From Camelus ferus (lineage: Eukaryota): a stretch of DNA of 64,000 nucleotides. Numbering within the stretch: the stretch's first letter is position 1; each line of letters opens with the position of its first letter. Below are positions 48,649-59,949 of the stretch, one piece after another. The notes under the pieces are model-generated. The model was given only the letters and a program-made list of their open reading frames with translations, had not been told where the DNA came from and did no database searches. The DNA is taken from the NCBI RefSeq assembly GCF_009834535.1, contig NC_045719.1, positions 5,952,001 through 6,016,000 of the forward strand, read 5' to 3'. Made by a program: the position numbers and the translations under genes.

Positions 48649-48939
48649 GCGCTTAATCTCACCTGCATCGTGTGGGGCGACCCGACCCCCGAGGTCTCCT
48701 GGCTGAAGAACGAGAAGCCCCTGGCCTCCAGTGAGCACTGCAGCCTGAAGTTCGAGGCTGGCAAGACCGCCTACTTCACCATCAGCGCGGTGATGACATC
48801 CGACTCCGGCAAGTACGGGCTGGTCGTGAAGAACAAGTATGGCTCGGAGACCAGCGACTTCACCGTCAGCGTGTTCATCCCCGAGGAGGAGGCGAGGAAG
48901 GCTGAGGAGCCCCAGAAGGGCGACAAGAAGTCCAAGTGA
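48649..48939 (+). CDS. MYOM1: Myomesin-1 terminal exon ~38, Ig My13 dimerisation domain and stop
   Basis: ttgcag|GCG...TGA, 291 nt, 96 aa plus stop. Reads ALNLTCIVWGDPTPEVSWLKNEKPLASSEHCSLKFEAGKTAYFTISAVMTSDSGKYGLVVKNKYGSETSDFTVSVFIPEEEARKAEEPQKGDKKSK. Confidence 0.98.
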   Translation, partial: ALNLTCIVWGDPTPEVSWLKNEKPLASSEHCSLKFEAGKTAYFTISAVMTSDSGKYGLVVKNKYGSETSDFTVSVFIPEEEARKAEEPQKGDKKSK

Positions 48940-49465
48940 GGGGGCCAGAAGGAGCATGGGCGCCGCGCCGAGCCGCCTCCTGCCGCTACTTGTGTGCAGA
49001 CGGCTCGGGTTCAGCCTGAGGAAGCCTTGCTGCTTCCTACTCCCTGTTTTTGTGCTGGCTTGAGGGGGATGAGGGTGAGAATTGTCAAATCTCTTATCCA
49101 TATAAGAGAGCACGAACTACTGGCATTTTGATAGTGTTTCTTTATCTACAAATTATGCGTTAAGAAAATAACATTGGTAGCACAGATGTTAGGAAACAGT
49201 TTTAAGGAAAAGGCCAGAATACAGTCAGAGGGATGTGGAACGATGGTCTGAGGAATGTGCTGTGGAGCAGAGTTTGGACTTGGCCAGACTTCACCAGTAA
49301 ATTCTTGTGGTTCATGGGGATACATCAGTATCCTGTCAAGACGAGACAAGCTGCTAAGCCAACCAGTATGTGTCGTGTGTGGTTACAGTAGTGATGTGTG
49401 TTCTGCGGCGGCCTTGTGATCGGGAACCCCTCGGCGCTAATAAACAGTTCTCCTCCGCATCCCTC
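48940..49465 (+). other. MYOM1: MYOM1 3'UTR (end approximate)
   Basis: Follows the stop codon up to ~20 nt past the first AATAAA. Cleavage site is inferred. Confidence 0.7.
49439..49444 (+). terminator. Polyadenylation signal AATAAA
   Basis: First AATAAA after the stop, followed by a pyrimidine/GT-rich downstream tract (ccgtgcttctctcgttcttccgtttgg). Confidence 0.75.
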
Positions 49466-49960
49466 CGTGCTTCTCTCGTTCTTCCGTTTGGGCTGCCCAG
49501 CTGGGTGGCCCCCGCTGCATCTTTCTCACCACTTCTTGTAACAAGTCTTGTGATTTAAATTCCATTAGGTGAAAGCAGTGCCTTCATAACATAACCAGAT
49601 AAGCCATCCTAGATCAAGTGAGGTTCAGAGGTGTGAAACTGGATACACCTAATAGCTCGCCAGACAGTCAGGTCTATTCCGTTGTTAAGATACCCGGAGT
49701 CATTGAATGTAATGTGTCAACTAAAGATAATAAGGTGGTGTCGGGCATTCAGTGCTGTAATTGGCGACTGAAGGCCACAGCTAAGAATAAAGGGCACTGA
49801 AGAATCCTCACTCGAAGGTCTGGGAGCTGCCAGCTCTGGGGCCTGCGCGTCCTGGCAGGGCTCGCTGAGAGCTCTACAACAGGGTGTTCTGCTGGAGGAC
49901 ATCTGGGTCTTCCCCGGCCCCTACCCCCAACCACCTCCCACACACGCAGTCTCTCACACC

Positions 49961-49961
49961 A

Positions 49962-50004
<43 letters not shown>
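49961..50004. repeat. (AC)n microsatellite, perfect (AC)18 at 49969-50004
   Basis: Direct reading. Confidence 0.95.
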
Positions 50005-50005
<1 letters not shown>

Positions 50006-50039
50006 GCCCATGGGTAACAGGATGAAAGGCCCCGCTCCT

Positions 50040-50750
50040 TCCTCCTGTCAAGGATCAGGGATGGGACGACAGACTCCGCTACACAGTCTGAGGGACGCCT
50101 GCACATCCTCTCTGCACAGTTCGGGACGGAACTCGCCTGCGCCCTGACTGTTGCCCAGTCCCTTGGGCAGCCGTGGGCCCTGCTGCTGCCCTGACGCTGC
50201 CGGCGCCAGGACGAGATGCTGGGCTCTCACTCTCACTCTCAGGCATGGCAGGTGGAGGGCTTCCCAAAGCCACGTGGACCCTGCAGAAGGCAGCTGACCT
50301 GAGCAGACTGGCCTGCTCCCCTCTAGCCAAGTGGACCCGGACAGAACGTGGACGCCTGCAGGAGAGCCCCCGAGAGGAGAAAGGGGTGAACAGGCGCGGA
50401 TCCGCCCAAGGAGCTAAAGGTGAGCGGCCCAGGACTCTCCACGGGCGGGACCCCAGGCGCCTGCAGCAGCGTCCCGGCTTTGGGAGGGGGGAGGTGCCCG
50501 TGAGCAGAACCTGCCGCCCCGCCCCCTGCTCCACGCCCTGGAGCCCATCCCCGAAGGATTTTGAATCCGATGAAAACATAGTTTGAAAACAGTGTGTTCT
50601 AAATTCTGAAATTGTGCGGAAACTTAAGCAATCACAGTGTCCATCCCTGAGCTCGCGGCCATCCGGCGGAGGGAGACTTGCTGGGACGCGGCGGCGGTGA
50701 CGGGGCGGAGGGGCTCTCATGTTCGGAGCTCTATCGGCCTCTCCGTAAAA
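50040..50750. promoter_or_regulatory. CpG-island-like block with GC boxes downstream of MYOM1
   Basis: About 46 CpG in ~710 bp by hand count. GC boxes ccgccccgcccc (50514-50525) and ggggcggagggg (50702-50713). Confidence 0.5.
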
Positions 50751-51939
50751 TGGGTATAACAATTATTTCAGCCGTTGTAATGGGCAGACTAAGTCAACGG
50801 CATCACGATTTGATGGTTAAGTAAAAAGCTGCTGTTTCTATAGGGCAGAACAGAAGTGAGACGACAGCTGTCTCAATTTAGTGATGCTGAAGGTATTCTA
50901 ACTCACAGCAATTTATCAATCTGTGTCCGGCTCAGGTGAGCTACTGGTGCACAGAGGGTCATATTGGAGCACAGAAGAGACTATTCAAAGTAATTTTATA
51001 GAATTAATATTTAATATATTAAGGTAATACATTTAAAATGTAGATCTTAAATCCTCAAGTTTGGCTTAAAATTTTATTTTTCTAATTTAAAAAGTTAGTC
51101 ATTGAAAAAATTGAAGGGTGCTTTAGCAGCGTAACTAAGTTCCCTGTAACTTGTTAAGTTTTATTTATAAATTAATATGTTTCCTTTCCATTTTAAGTAC
51201 TACTGTTGTCTGACTTAACCAACAAAATGTTTCCAAGAACTTACGTAACTTTAATTACCTATAAAACTAAGTATATAGATTTGGGAAATTTTGAGTTGTT
51301 TTAAATGTTCTCAAATTACACATAAACTTAGCAAGACTTCGACATAAAATCGCCATCAATTAGGCATTTTAGTTAGAATTATAAAGATAAGCTATTACTT
51401 GGATAAATTATCTAAAACATTACAAGCACATAAAAATCAAATATGCACAGACTCCATAATGCAAAAATACTGATTTTACCCTGATGGAGCCCCTAGGACC
51501 TAAAGCTGGAGTTTTAATACCTATGCCAGGACAAGAGGTGTGAACTCAGATTGTTCACACTGGTGAAGCTGCACACCGAGACCGCAGCACAATGCTGAGA
51601 TGCCCAAAAGGTAGCTTATTAAAAAAAAAAAAAAAAAAGGAACAGTAAAAATATCACCACCTGATACGGAGAAGCTTGCCATCTGCCTGGAGTGGTTCTG
51701 GGTAGAAAAACAAAGTTAATGGTTTTCTCAAGCCAGTACTGCATGATCGTGGGGTCCAAATTTACAGCAAGCACCACATGGTGTAGGAATCCCAAGCCAA
51801 GAGTTCCCATAAAAATGGCCAATGTCTGGGGCCCCAGAGAAGCAAATGTAAAACTACACTACAAGGAACTTCTGTGTCTGCCCACAGAGGATTGCTGTTA
51901 TGGAAATTATCCTTCCGCCATAAACAACTAGAAAGCCAG

Positions 51940-53770
51940 GCACAATGTATGGGGAGAATAACTGTTTTGGGCGTTGGCTAGCAGACGTGCAGGGCTGTGG
52001 TTCCCCCAGAGAAAGGGAAACCGACCTGTGATTGCTCCGACTTGTTGCCTGGACAATGTTCGGGCTGCAGTCCAGCCCGAGGGACCCAAACAGAACCTGT
52101 CAGTCTCACTGAGTTGGGGAGATGGAGACTGAAGTTCCGGGAGGCCAAGGCGGCTGGAATTTGTGAGAATGAGCATTAGAGGAAGAGTTGGACAGAGAGG
52201 GAACAGCAGACGGGTCTCTGGCTGAGCGCTGCTCTGTGAGTGCTGGGGAGGAGCCCTGGGAGCTGGAGGGCCAGCAGTCCCAGGAGCTCACACAGACTGG
52301 AACCAGTCTCCTTCCCACCAGCTGGGATGAAAAGACTTCGTAATACATGGTACATCAGGTAGAGGCCTCAGAAGTCTCTCACCTTCGTAGTGGGGCTAAA
52401 TTTGCTCTAAACCAAAAGCTGCTCTGGACCCACCCTAACAAAGCTTGGAAGCAAGCCTCAAGAGGATCAAATATCTATAGTAACCTAACATGTGTCAGAA
52501 CAAAGTGCAACACATTTTAAATAAATGTATCACCCAACGGTGTGAAATTCATAATAGCTGGCATCAGCAGGTGTGCAGAGAAGCAGGAAAATATGACTAA
52601 TAATCAGGAGAAAAGTACGTTAAAGATAAATAAGTCCTGAGGATGCAATGTACAGCGTGGTGACTGCAGTTAATACTACCGTATTGTATATCGCAAGCTG
52701 CTGAAAGAGTAGATGGTAAGTTTCATCACAAGAAAAAAAAATTTGTAACTGTGGGAGGTGATGGGTGTTAACTAAACTTAATGTGAAATGATTATTTCAC
52801 AATATATACATACGTCAAATCATGTTGTGTATCTAAAACTAATATGTTATACATCAATTATGTCTCAATAAAACTGGGGGAAAGTATACACAAATATTAT
52901 GGAAGTATCAAGAATAAATCATTATTAATTTTATATTATTTGAGCGGATAATGAAAATTCAAAATAATTTTTAGTCATTTGTAACACTAGGTAATCCCAA
53001 CAACAGATGTAATAATAATTTCAATAAAAGATGCTTAAGTAGCTTTTGAAATGTGATGAGCTATGTCTGTATCAATAACTTGTTGGTAGTTTGTAGATAT
53101 GTAAGCTGAAATGTGATTGCTGTATTTTTATGATCATGAATTTAAGTTAGCAGGTCTCTATAATAAAATGATACATGGGAGGGAAAAAAGAAAAGCATAT
53201 TAATAAAAACAAACCAGAAATGACAGCAATTATAGAGTCAGCAGGCATAGACCTTCAAACATCTGTTGTAACTATAGTCTATATTTTCAAGAAGCCAGAG
53301 GAAAGATTGAATATATTAAGTAGAGACATGGAAGAATACCAAGGCATATCATAATGAATTTGCTGAAAAACTTTGGTAAAGAGAAAGTCTTAAAAGCAGC
53401 CAGAGGAAAAAAGACAAATTACATACAGAGGAATGAAAGTGGGAATAATCAGACCCCACAAGAAGCTCTCGGAGCCAGAGGACCAAGGAGCAAGATCTTT
53501 AAGGAGCCAAGTGGAAAGCAAACCCCAAACTCTCAACTTACCATTCTCTACCTCCTGAAAATGTGGTTCAAAAATTAAGGCAAAATAAAGACTTAATCTG
53601 CCAAACTAAAGCTGAGATATCTACCACCAGCAGACCTGCTCCACCAGAAACATTCAAGGAAGTTCTTCAGGCAGAAGGCAAATGGCATCAGATGGAAACT
53701 GAGATCCACAAAGAATGAAAAGCAGAACTGGGAAACACGTGGGCAAATATGAAGAGCATTCTTCTCATCT
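51940..53770 (+). mobile_element. Ancient L1 5' region/ORF1 remnant (L1M4/L1ME-like), interrupted at 52616-53195
   Basis: aagcaggaaaatatgactaataatcaggagaaaa...ccagaaatgacag. The ORF at 53354 (NLLKNFGKEKVLKAARGKK) resembles ORF1p KEKILKAAREK; ccagcagacctgctcc...aaggaagttcttcaggcagaagg is typical ORF1 C-terminal text. Confidence 0.75.
52620..52882 (+). mobile_element. L1MA9-like 3' end
   Basis: aagataaataagtcctgaggatgcaatgtacagcgtggtgactgcagttaata...gtaactgtgggaggtgatgggtgttaacta...atcaattatgtctcaataaaactgggg. Confidence 0.85.
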
Positions 53771-54011
53771 TTTATTTTTTTCTGTCATCCCAGGATGGAC
53801 ATGCCATCCTTTCACCCCTCCAGTCTCGGAAAGTCCAGCCTACCCAGGGCTGGACCTCTCAGGAGGCTCTTACAGTGTCTTGAGAGAGTGGTGGCCGAAG
53901 AGGCGAAGACATTTCGGGGGTAAATGGGCAGGCCTTCAGGGGAATTGCAGGAGGACTCACCTACCTACCTGCAGTCTCAAGCGGCTGGGTGGACCACTGT
54001 GTCCTCTGAAA

Positions 54012-54058
54012 GAGGAGCAGCCCAGAGACAGGAGGAGCAGCCCAGAGACAGGAGGAGC
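54012..54058. repeat. 20-bp tandem repeat, about 2.3 copies
   Basis: gaggagcagcccagagacag x2 plus gaggagc, perfect. Confidence 0.95.
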
Positions 54059-56514
54059 GCCGTGTCGGGGAGGGGGTTGCATTATGGCAAAGCTGTGTTA
54101 CAAGCTCACCTTGTATTGTTATTGGCTCAAGCTGTATGTTCTCATTACTTCTAAGTACCCACTGCTATCAAGTGAAAAAAAGTGATTTATGGATTAATGG
54201 TGCCACTGGTGCCATCTCCAGTGTTTATTATGTTCTCCTCTGTGGCCCTGCTCTCTTAACCACAGCAAGACGTTTAGCTAAAATACACAAATCTTATGGA
54301 AGATTACATGCCTGAAACATAATGACTATTACATCATGTCTTCAGATGTTTGCGTGTTGACCTCCACCTCGGGGCTTTATAGCTGAAGTTAGGTAAGAAA
54401 AGTCTTAGATGATTTAATATGCTTCTGAAGAATCAACCGATATATGTACATTAAAATCTCAAAAGGTTTATATAAAAGTTTCCAAAATGACCTAGTTCAT
54501 AGTTAATAAGATCTAGGTGATTTTTCATACTATATCTTTACATTCTTTATTGTAGTCTAGTGTCAAGTAAAGATAACACAATTCTTGTCACAAAGCTCGC
54601 ACACATGCTGGGGGCATCCAGAGAGAGTACACACACCCTGCCATCCCCAGTTAAGGGCAAATATCTATGTTCTGGAAAAAGGGGGGAGCAACACACAGCC
54701 AAGTTGCATTTAAAGCACTTTGACAACAAAATGTACCCCACTTTGAATACATTATGAAAGTAGCTTTCTCCTCCCCTGGTCTCAAGTTTCTGTAGTTTCC
54801 CCTTCCCTCCCCTCCCTGTTTTAAAAAAGACAGAGGGCATGACCTACAGGAAGGGCCTGAAGGGTGACTAGTGCCCATGACATCACAGGAAAGCCACCTG
54901 CCCTACCTGCCCCAGGTGGTTCTAAGCTGGGTGAAAACATACCACCACTGACGCCACAGGTCAAAGGGAAGAGTTTCCTTTCAGAGACCAGGACCCCTGT
55001 CCCAGAATCAAAGTGTTTTCTTATGCAGATTCTATTCTGATTGCTTTGCGGTTGACCTTAGTTATCCAAACACACCTGCTTGGCAGCTGCCACAGGAAGC
55101 CTCTCCAAGTAGGCCTCCAGTCCAGCCAGCACCAGTATTGAGGGCCCTCCCTGCACTCCCCCTGCTCTTTAAAGTTTAATATGCCCAACTGGACTGCTCT
55201 CGTCCGGCCTCAGGACCCTCTCTGTTCTCAGACCACTATCAGTACAGGCCCCTCCAGCTCATGAACTTCCCCTGTGGTCCAGTCCCCATTCCCCAGAACT
55301 TCACATGGAAAGTGCCTCTTCCTCCCACACCCCACACCAGGAACCACATTGCCAAGAGGAGTTTTTTTGTTTCCCTGAAAAATTGCAGAAGGAGGAGAGA
55401 GAGCTCATTACTGGGGCAGAGTCCTGCAGTCAGAAATCCTCCTCTTGGAAGAAAGTTTCAGCCAAGTTGAAGTAAAGATGAAGAATGAAGAGGAAGAGGA
55501 AAATGAAAAGAAATTTTTCTTTTCTTCTCAAAACTGGGAGAGAAGGCAATTACCTCTATCTTAACTAATACAAATGCAAAACATCATCTTTTCTACTCAT
55601 TCATTTATCTCGCAAACATCAACTTCGCACGGGTCTGGGTCAGGCCGCCAGCCCGCCAAGCTGCCCAGAAAGGTGAGCGCCCTCGGCCTCTGAAACTGCT
55701 GCCTTCTCGCCAGGTGTACATCTGGTGTAAATGGAAAAATCACCGGCAGCTTGGACATCTACACAGGCACTCCCGGAAGTCACGGAATTGAACTGGGGTG
55801 AGAATTGGATTTTTCCGTCTCCCTGGACACAGACTGAGGCAAGATGGGAGCTGTGTCCGTGGCCAGGAGGTGAGGGGAGAAGAGACAGGAGAGAATTCTC
55901 ATTAGTTTCCATGCATAAGTTCCCGTCAATAAAGAGTTAGACTACTGTGTGTGAACATTTTTCCCTGGACATTTGCTCAGTTTTACATTTCTTCAGGCTT
56001 TTCATATTAATTTTGTTTCTCACCTAGGCTACATTATGATTGTTAACATTTCAAAACGATTGTGTGTTCTTCTAATGCTGTATTGAAGAAGGTCGTTGCC
56101 TTAAAATACAAAAACTGTAAGTAAACATGTAATGATATACCATTTTAGCTAGAGTAAAACTTTTTAACATTTTATTTGTGTTTTAAAACATGTTCATGCT
56201 AAAATCACTCTATCTTATAGTTAAAATAGAGACACTTGGACGTCCCTAGTTCTGCTAGAATCTGAGTCAGTGGCATTTGAATGACTTTTATGAAGTGGAA
56301 GCAGATTGCTCCCTGGGAGAGCAGAGAAGCTGGGCCAACTGGTCCCATTCCCACTCTAAAAATATGAAAGTAAAATAAAGGGGAAAGTTTATCCCCACAG
56401 GGCTGAAGTAAGTGTTCAGGCCTCAGTTGGTAGATATATTAAAGCAAAATAAGTCAAGACACTAAGCGAGGTTAAAAAAAATTACTTGAAATGCTTATTA
56501 TAGCAGTATGTTCT

Positions 56515-56640
56515 AATGATATAGTTATATATTGTTATTACTGTTATTTGTGTATTATATATGTGTACATTATTTAGAGGTATAGTTGTATATTATTATT
56601 GTTTTATAGTTGTATTATGCTGTATTATAGTTGTGTATCA
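56515..56640. repeat. AT-rich low-complexity tract with recurring tatagttgt
   Basis: atagtt recurs four times within a TA/TG-rich tract. Confidence 0.6.
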
Positions 56641-57529
56641 TCAGGACACACGTGATAAAATCTAGGGGACTTGAACTTTCAGAAAATTGCATAAAGACAT
56701 TAAAGTAGTAAGACATTTGGAACCACCCTTCATGTCTGTGGTAGCCACAGCTTCAGAAAAGCAATGCATTCCTGGTCAACACAGGAATTTTGTTACAAAG
56801 ACATCATTCAAAACAAGAGTCAAACTAGAAACTCCTTTTAAAATGAAATGGAAAAAAAATCAAAGTATTTGCTTCTTGAGCTTTTAAAGTATTTTATGCA
56901 GAAATTGGTCAAGTCACTGCAAAAAAAAAAAAATTGTAATCCACTTCGCTTTTCCTGTAGACCTCTTGCATGAGTCCTTGAGAGTTCACATCGTTGCAGC
57001 ACGACATCCTCTCTTGCTAAGGGTATTCCTCTGCCTGTACAAAGGTGCACATCAATTTTATGCCTCGTTCACCTGGGCTTTCAAAGTGCTCACACTGGGC
57101 AGGTGGCAAAAGTTCTGCCAAGCAGTTAAGGCCTTAAAATGAGTCAATTATTGATCAGAGGCTTTGGGAGAACTTCTCAACACTTGCCTTCACGTGTGAA
57201 ATATAGGTCAGTCCTGGCTGTTATGTTATTACTCATGTATTCCTTCAACAAATATTTGTTGAACAAAGACTGTGAGGACACCGAGATGCATCAGATGAGA
57301 GTCACCCTTAGGACGCTTACTTCTAACTGATGCAATGACGGGACTGTGAAGAACCATAATACAAGCCACAGTTCATGAGCAGGGTGCAGACAACACGCTG
57401 TAATTATCCACGTTCAGACAGGGGGTGTAATACTTGCTCTAGAGTGAGGTGAGCATAGGGAGAAGGTAAGATGCAGGATTCAGAAAAGGCTTTGTAGAAG
57501 TGGGAGCGTTTTAGCTGAGCCTCAGCCTT

Positions 57530-57691
57530 TCCCATTTTGCTGTTCTCCTGGGAGACACTGCTTTGGGAAAGCTCCCTGGTGTTCTCCATACTTGGCTGCA
57601 AGGAATAAATCCTCTTGTCTCCCACTCTTTGGCCTAGTTGTACCTCTCGGTTGGATACCCACTACAGAGTGAACCCAGTTTTCAGATAACA
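57530..57691 (+). mobile_element. ERV1-class LTR 3' part (MER34/MER39-like)
   Basis: ctttgggaaagctccctggtgttctccatacttggctgcaaggaataaatcc...gtgaacccagttttcagataaca: LTR poly(A) signal and terminal ACA. Confidence 0.6.
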
Positions 57692-57872
57692 AACCTGGTC
57701 TGGTTTCTGGGCTCCCTTCCTTGCTCCAGCTTGGAGCTCAGCCCAACCATACTGGCGGACCACTGTGATGGCCCTGGCTGCAAGGCATGCAGATGGCAGA
57801 AGCCAAAATACAATGTGAACGCAACAAAAAAGACCTACTAGTCACAGGGCATTGGGTTTAGCACTGGATCAC

Positions 57873-58283
57873 TGTATAGTCTTCTCAGGCTGCTGTAACA
57901 AACACCACAGACTGGGTGGCTTAAAGAGCAGGCATTTATTTTCTCATAGTTCTGGAGGCTAGAAGTCCAGGTCAAGGTTGCAGCTGGTTTGATTTCTATT
58001 GAGANNNNNNNNNNNNNNNNNNNNNNNNNNNNNNNNNNNNNNNNNNNNNNNNNNNNNNNNNNNNNNNNNNNNNNNNNNNNNNNNNNNNNNNNNNNNNNNN
58101 NNNNNNNNNNNNNNNNNNNNNNNNNNNNNNNNNNNNNNNNNNNNNNNNNNNNNNNNNNNNNNNNNNNTGACCTCAGTTCTCCTTTGTTATCTCCTAAAAA
58201 ACCCTGTCTCCAAATACAGTCACACTAGGGGATCAGGGCTTCCACATGTGGATTTGGAGGGGAACACAAGTCAGTCCATGACG
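57873..58283 (-). mobile_element. MaLR solo LTR (MLT1A-D-like), spanning an N gap
   Basis: tgtatagtc...gctgctgtaacaaacaccacagactgggtggcttaaa...ttctcatagttctggaggctagaagtcca...ccctgtctccaaatacagtcaca...tcagtccatgac. Confidence 0.9.
58005..58167. other. Assembly gap (163 N)
   Basis: Run of N inside the MLT1 LTR. Confidence 1.
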
Positions 58284-59229
58284 GTCGCTGGTGTTTGGGT
58301 TGCAGCTACTAATTAATAAGTTCATACAATACATCCGAGACTGGTCCAAGCACTTTCCACAGGGAATCTTCTCAATAAGCATATAAGGAAAATGCTATTG
58401 TTGGACTTATTTTCCAGATGAGCAAAATGAAGCACCAAGAGAGATTTTTGCCTCAGGCCACATAGCTAGCAAGTAGTTTTAAACTGGGTTTTGAGTATAG
58501 GTATTTAGGCTCAAAAGTCCATGTTTTTAATTGGCAGTTATACTCAGCTGCTTCACAGGTTAACTGTGGATAGAGAGAGCGTCACTGACCAAGGTACACC
58601 AGAAGCCTTTGCAGAGGCACTGGGGCAGGGGCTGGTAGCAACTGGGCCTTCCAGCTGTCTGAGCTGCTGCGGGAGGAAGGCCTTCCCCACACCACCCCAC
58701 AGACGCACACACTTCAGACACACAGAAATGCTGGATAAAACGTAACAAAAACATTTATTACGTTTAGAGCACAGAAGAAAGAGAAATCTCTGGAATGTAA
58801 AATCCTTGATGACAAAGACATTATTATCTTCATTCCTGATTCTCTAGGGTTTAAAATGGTGCCCGGCACACTTGATAAATATTTGTTGAGTGAAAAAAAT
58901 TTTAGGGGCTGGAAATGAACAGCAAACTCAAAGCCAAAGTGGTGTGCAGGAGTGAAACTGAATGGATAAAGGAGGTACTGGGACTCGACACAGCTTGAGG
59001 AGTTGGGAGCCAGGGTCTTAATGTTCATACATCAGATGGTCATAGATCAAATACACGATGTTCACACATGTCAAAAGATGAAGCGACTAACCTTTATAGG
59101 AAGGACTCCCTGTATGAGGCCAAAGAGTTGACCCATCTGTGAAGCTGAGACCAGAACACTCCAACTGGGCCACCAGTCTTGAGAAGCCACAGGAGGCTGA
59201 CCTGCTCTCCCTGTAATTTGTCTATGAAA

Positions 59230-59640
59230 CCAGAGGAAGGTGGATTCTCATAGAAAACAACACCCACCACAGATGAACTCATGGGTGGAAATTACAAACC
59301 ACCCCAGGAAGAATCACGGAAGAGGCAGTTCCCATCAAAGAACTAGAGGCAATGGAACAATATGAAAGAATCTTTACAATAATTGTGCTTGAGATATTGA
59401 AAGAGGTAAAGGAAGATTTGCAATCTACAAGGCAGGAGAAGGATATTATGGGGAAAAAAGAACAAATGAATTTGGAAAAGAACATATAGAAATCCTATAC
59501 ATGAAAAACAGATTACAAATGCGATTTTTTTTTTAATTACCTCAATAGACACTTTAAACAATTGACTAAACAGAGAATTAATGAAGTGGAAGATAGATTG
59601 GAAGAAATACTTCAGAATTCAGAGTAAGAATTTCTTTCTT
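59230..59640 (+). mobile_element. Ancient L1/HAL1 ORF1 remnant
   Basis: gagaattaatgaagtggaagatagattggaagaaatacttcagaat is coiled-coil ORF1-type text. Confidence 0.55.
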
Positions 59641-59949
59641 ATATCAAAGATATGAGAGATACAAGATATCTTATATGGATTTCTTTCGTAATATCAGACA
59701 AGGGGGCCCTGCTTTGGCAGGGGAATCAGAGCTCTGCCTTGTCAGCACTGCGGGGTGGATAGATTAGGAGGAGAACAGTTCGATTATCGTTTTATTTCGG
59801 TCTCAGGAACTATCTCAAATACAGCATTTAAAAGGCTCTGAAGTGATCCCAATCCAGCACTTGTAATTCTGTTCACATTTCTCTCCGCTTTCATCCTGTT
59901 CCATTTGGGAGGATGCCTGAGCACGTTCTTTATCAAAGGTAATTAAAGG

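Noticed and set aside
48589-49113. 174-aa minus-strand ORF overlapping the terminal exon
   Set aside because: Antisense shadow of a high-GC3 coding exon; no independent coding evidence.
50079-50762. 227-aa minus-strand ORF
   Set aside because: Low-complexity R/P/G/A sequence in GC-rich DNA with no recognisable domain, a non-ATG start that falls in a MIR-like fragment, and a length expected by chance at this GC content.
50990-51500. AT-rich block resembling a hAT transposon remnant
   Set aside because: No TIRs, TSD or transposase motif that I could verify.
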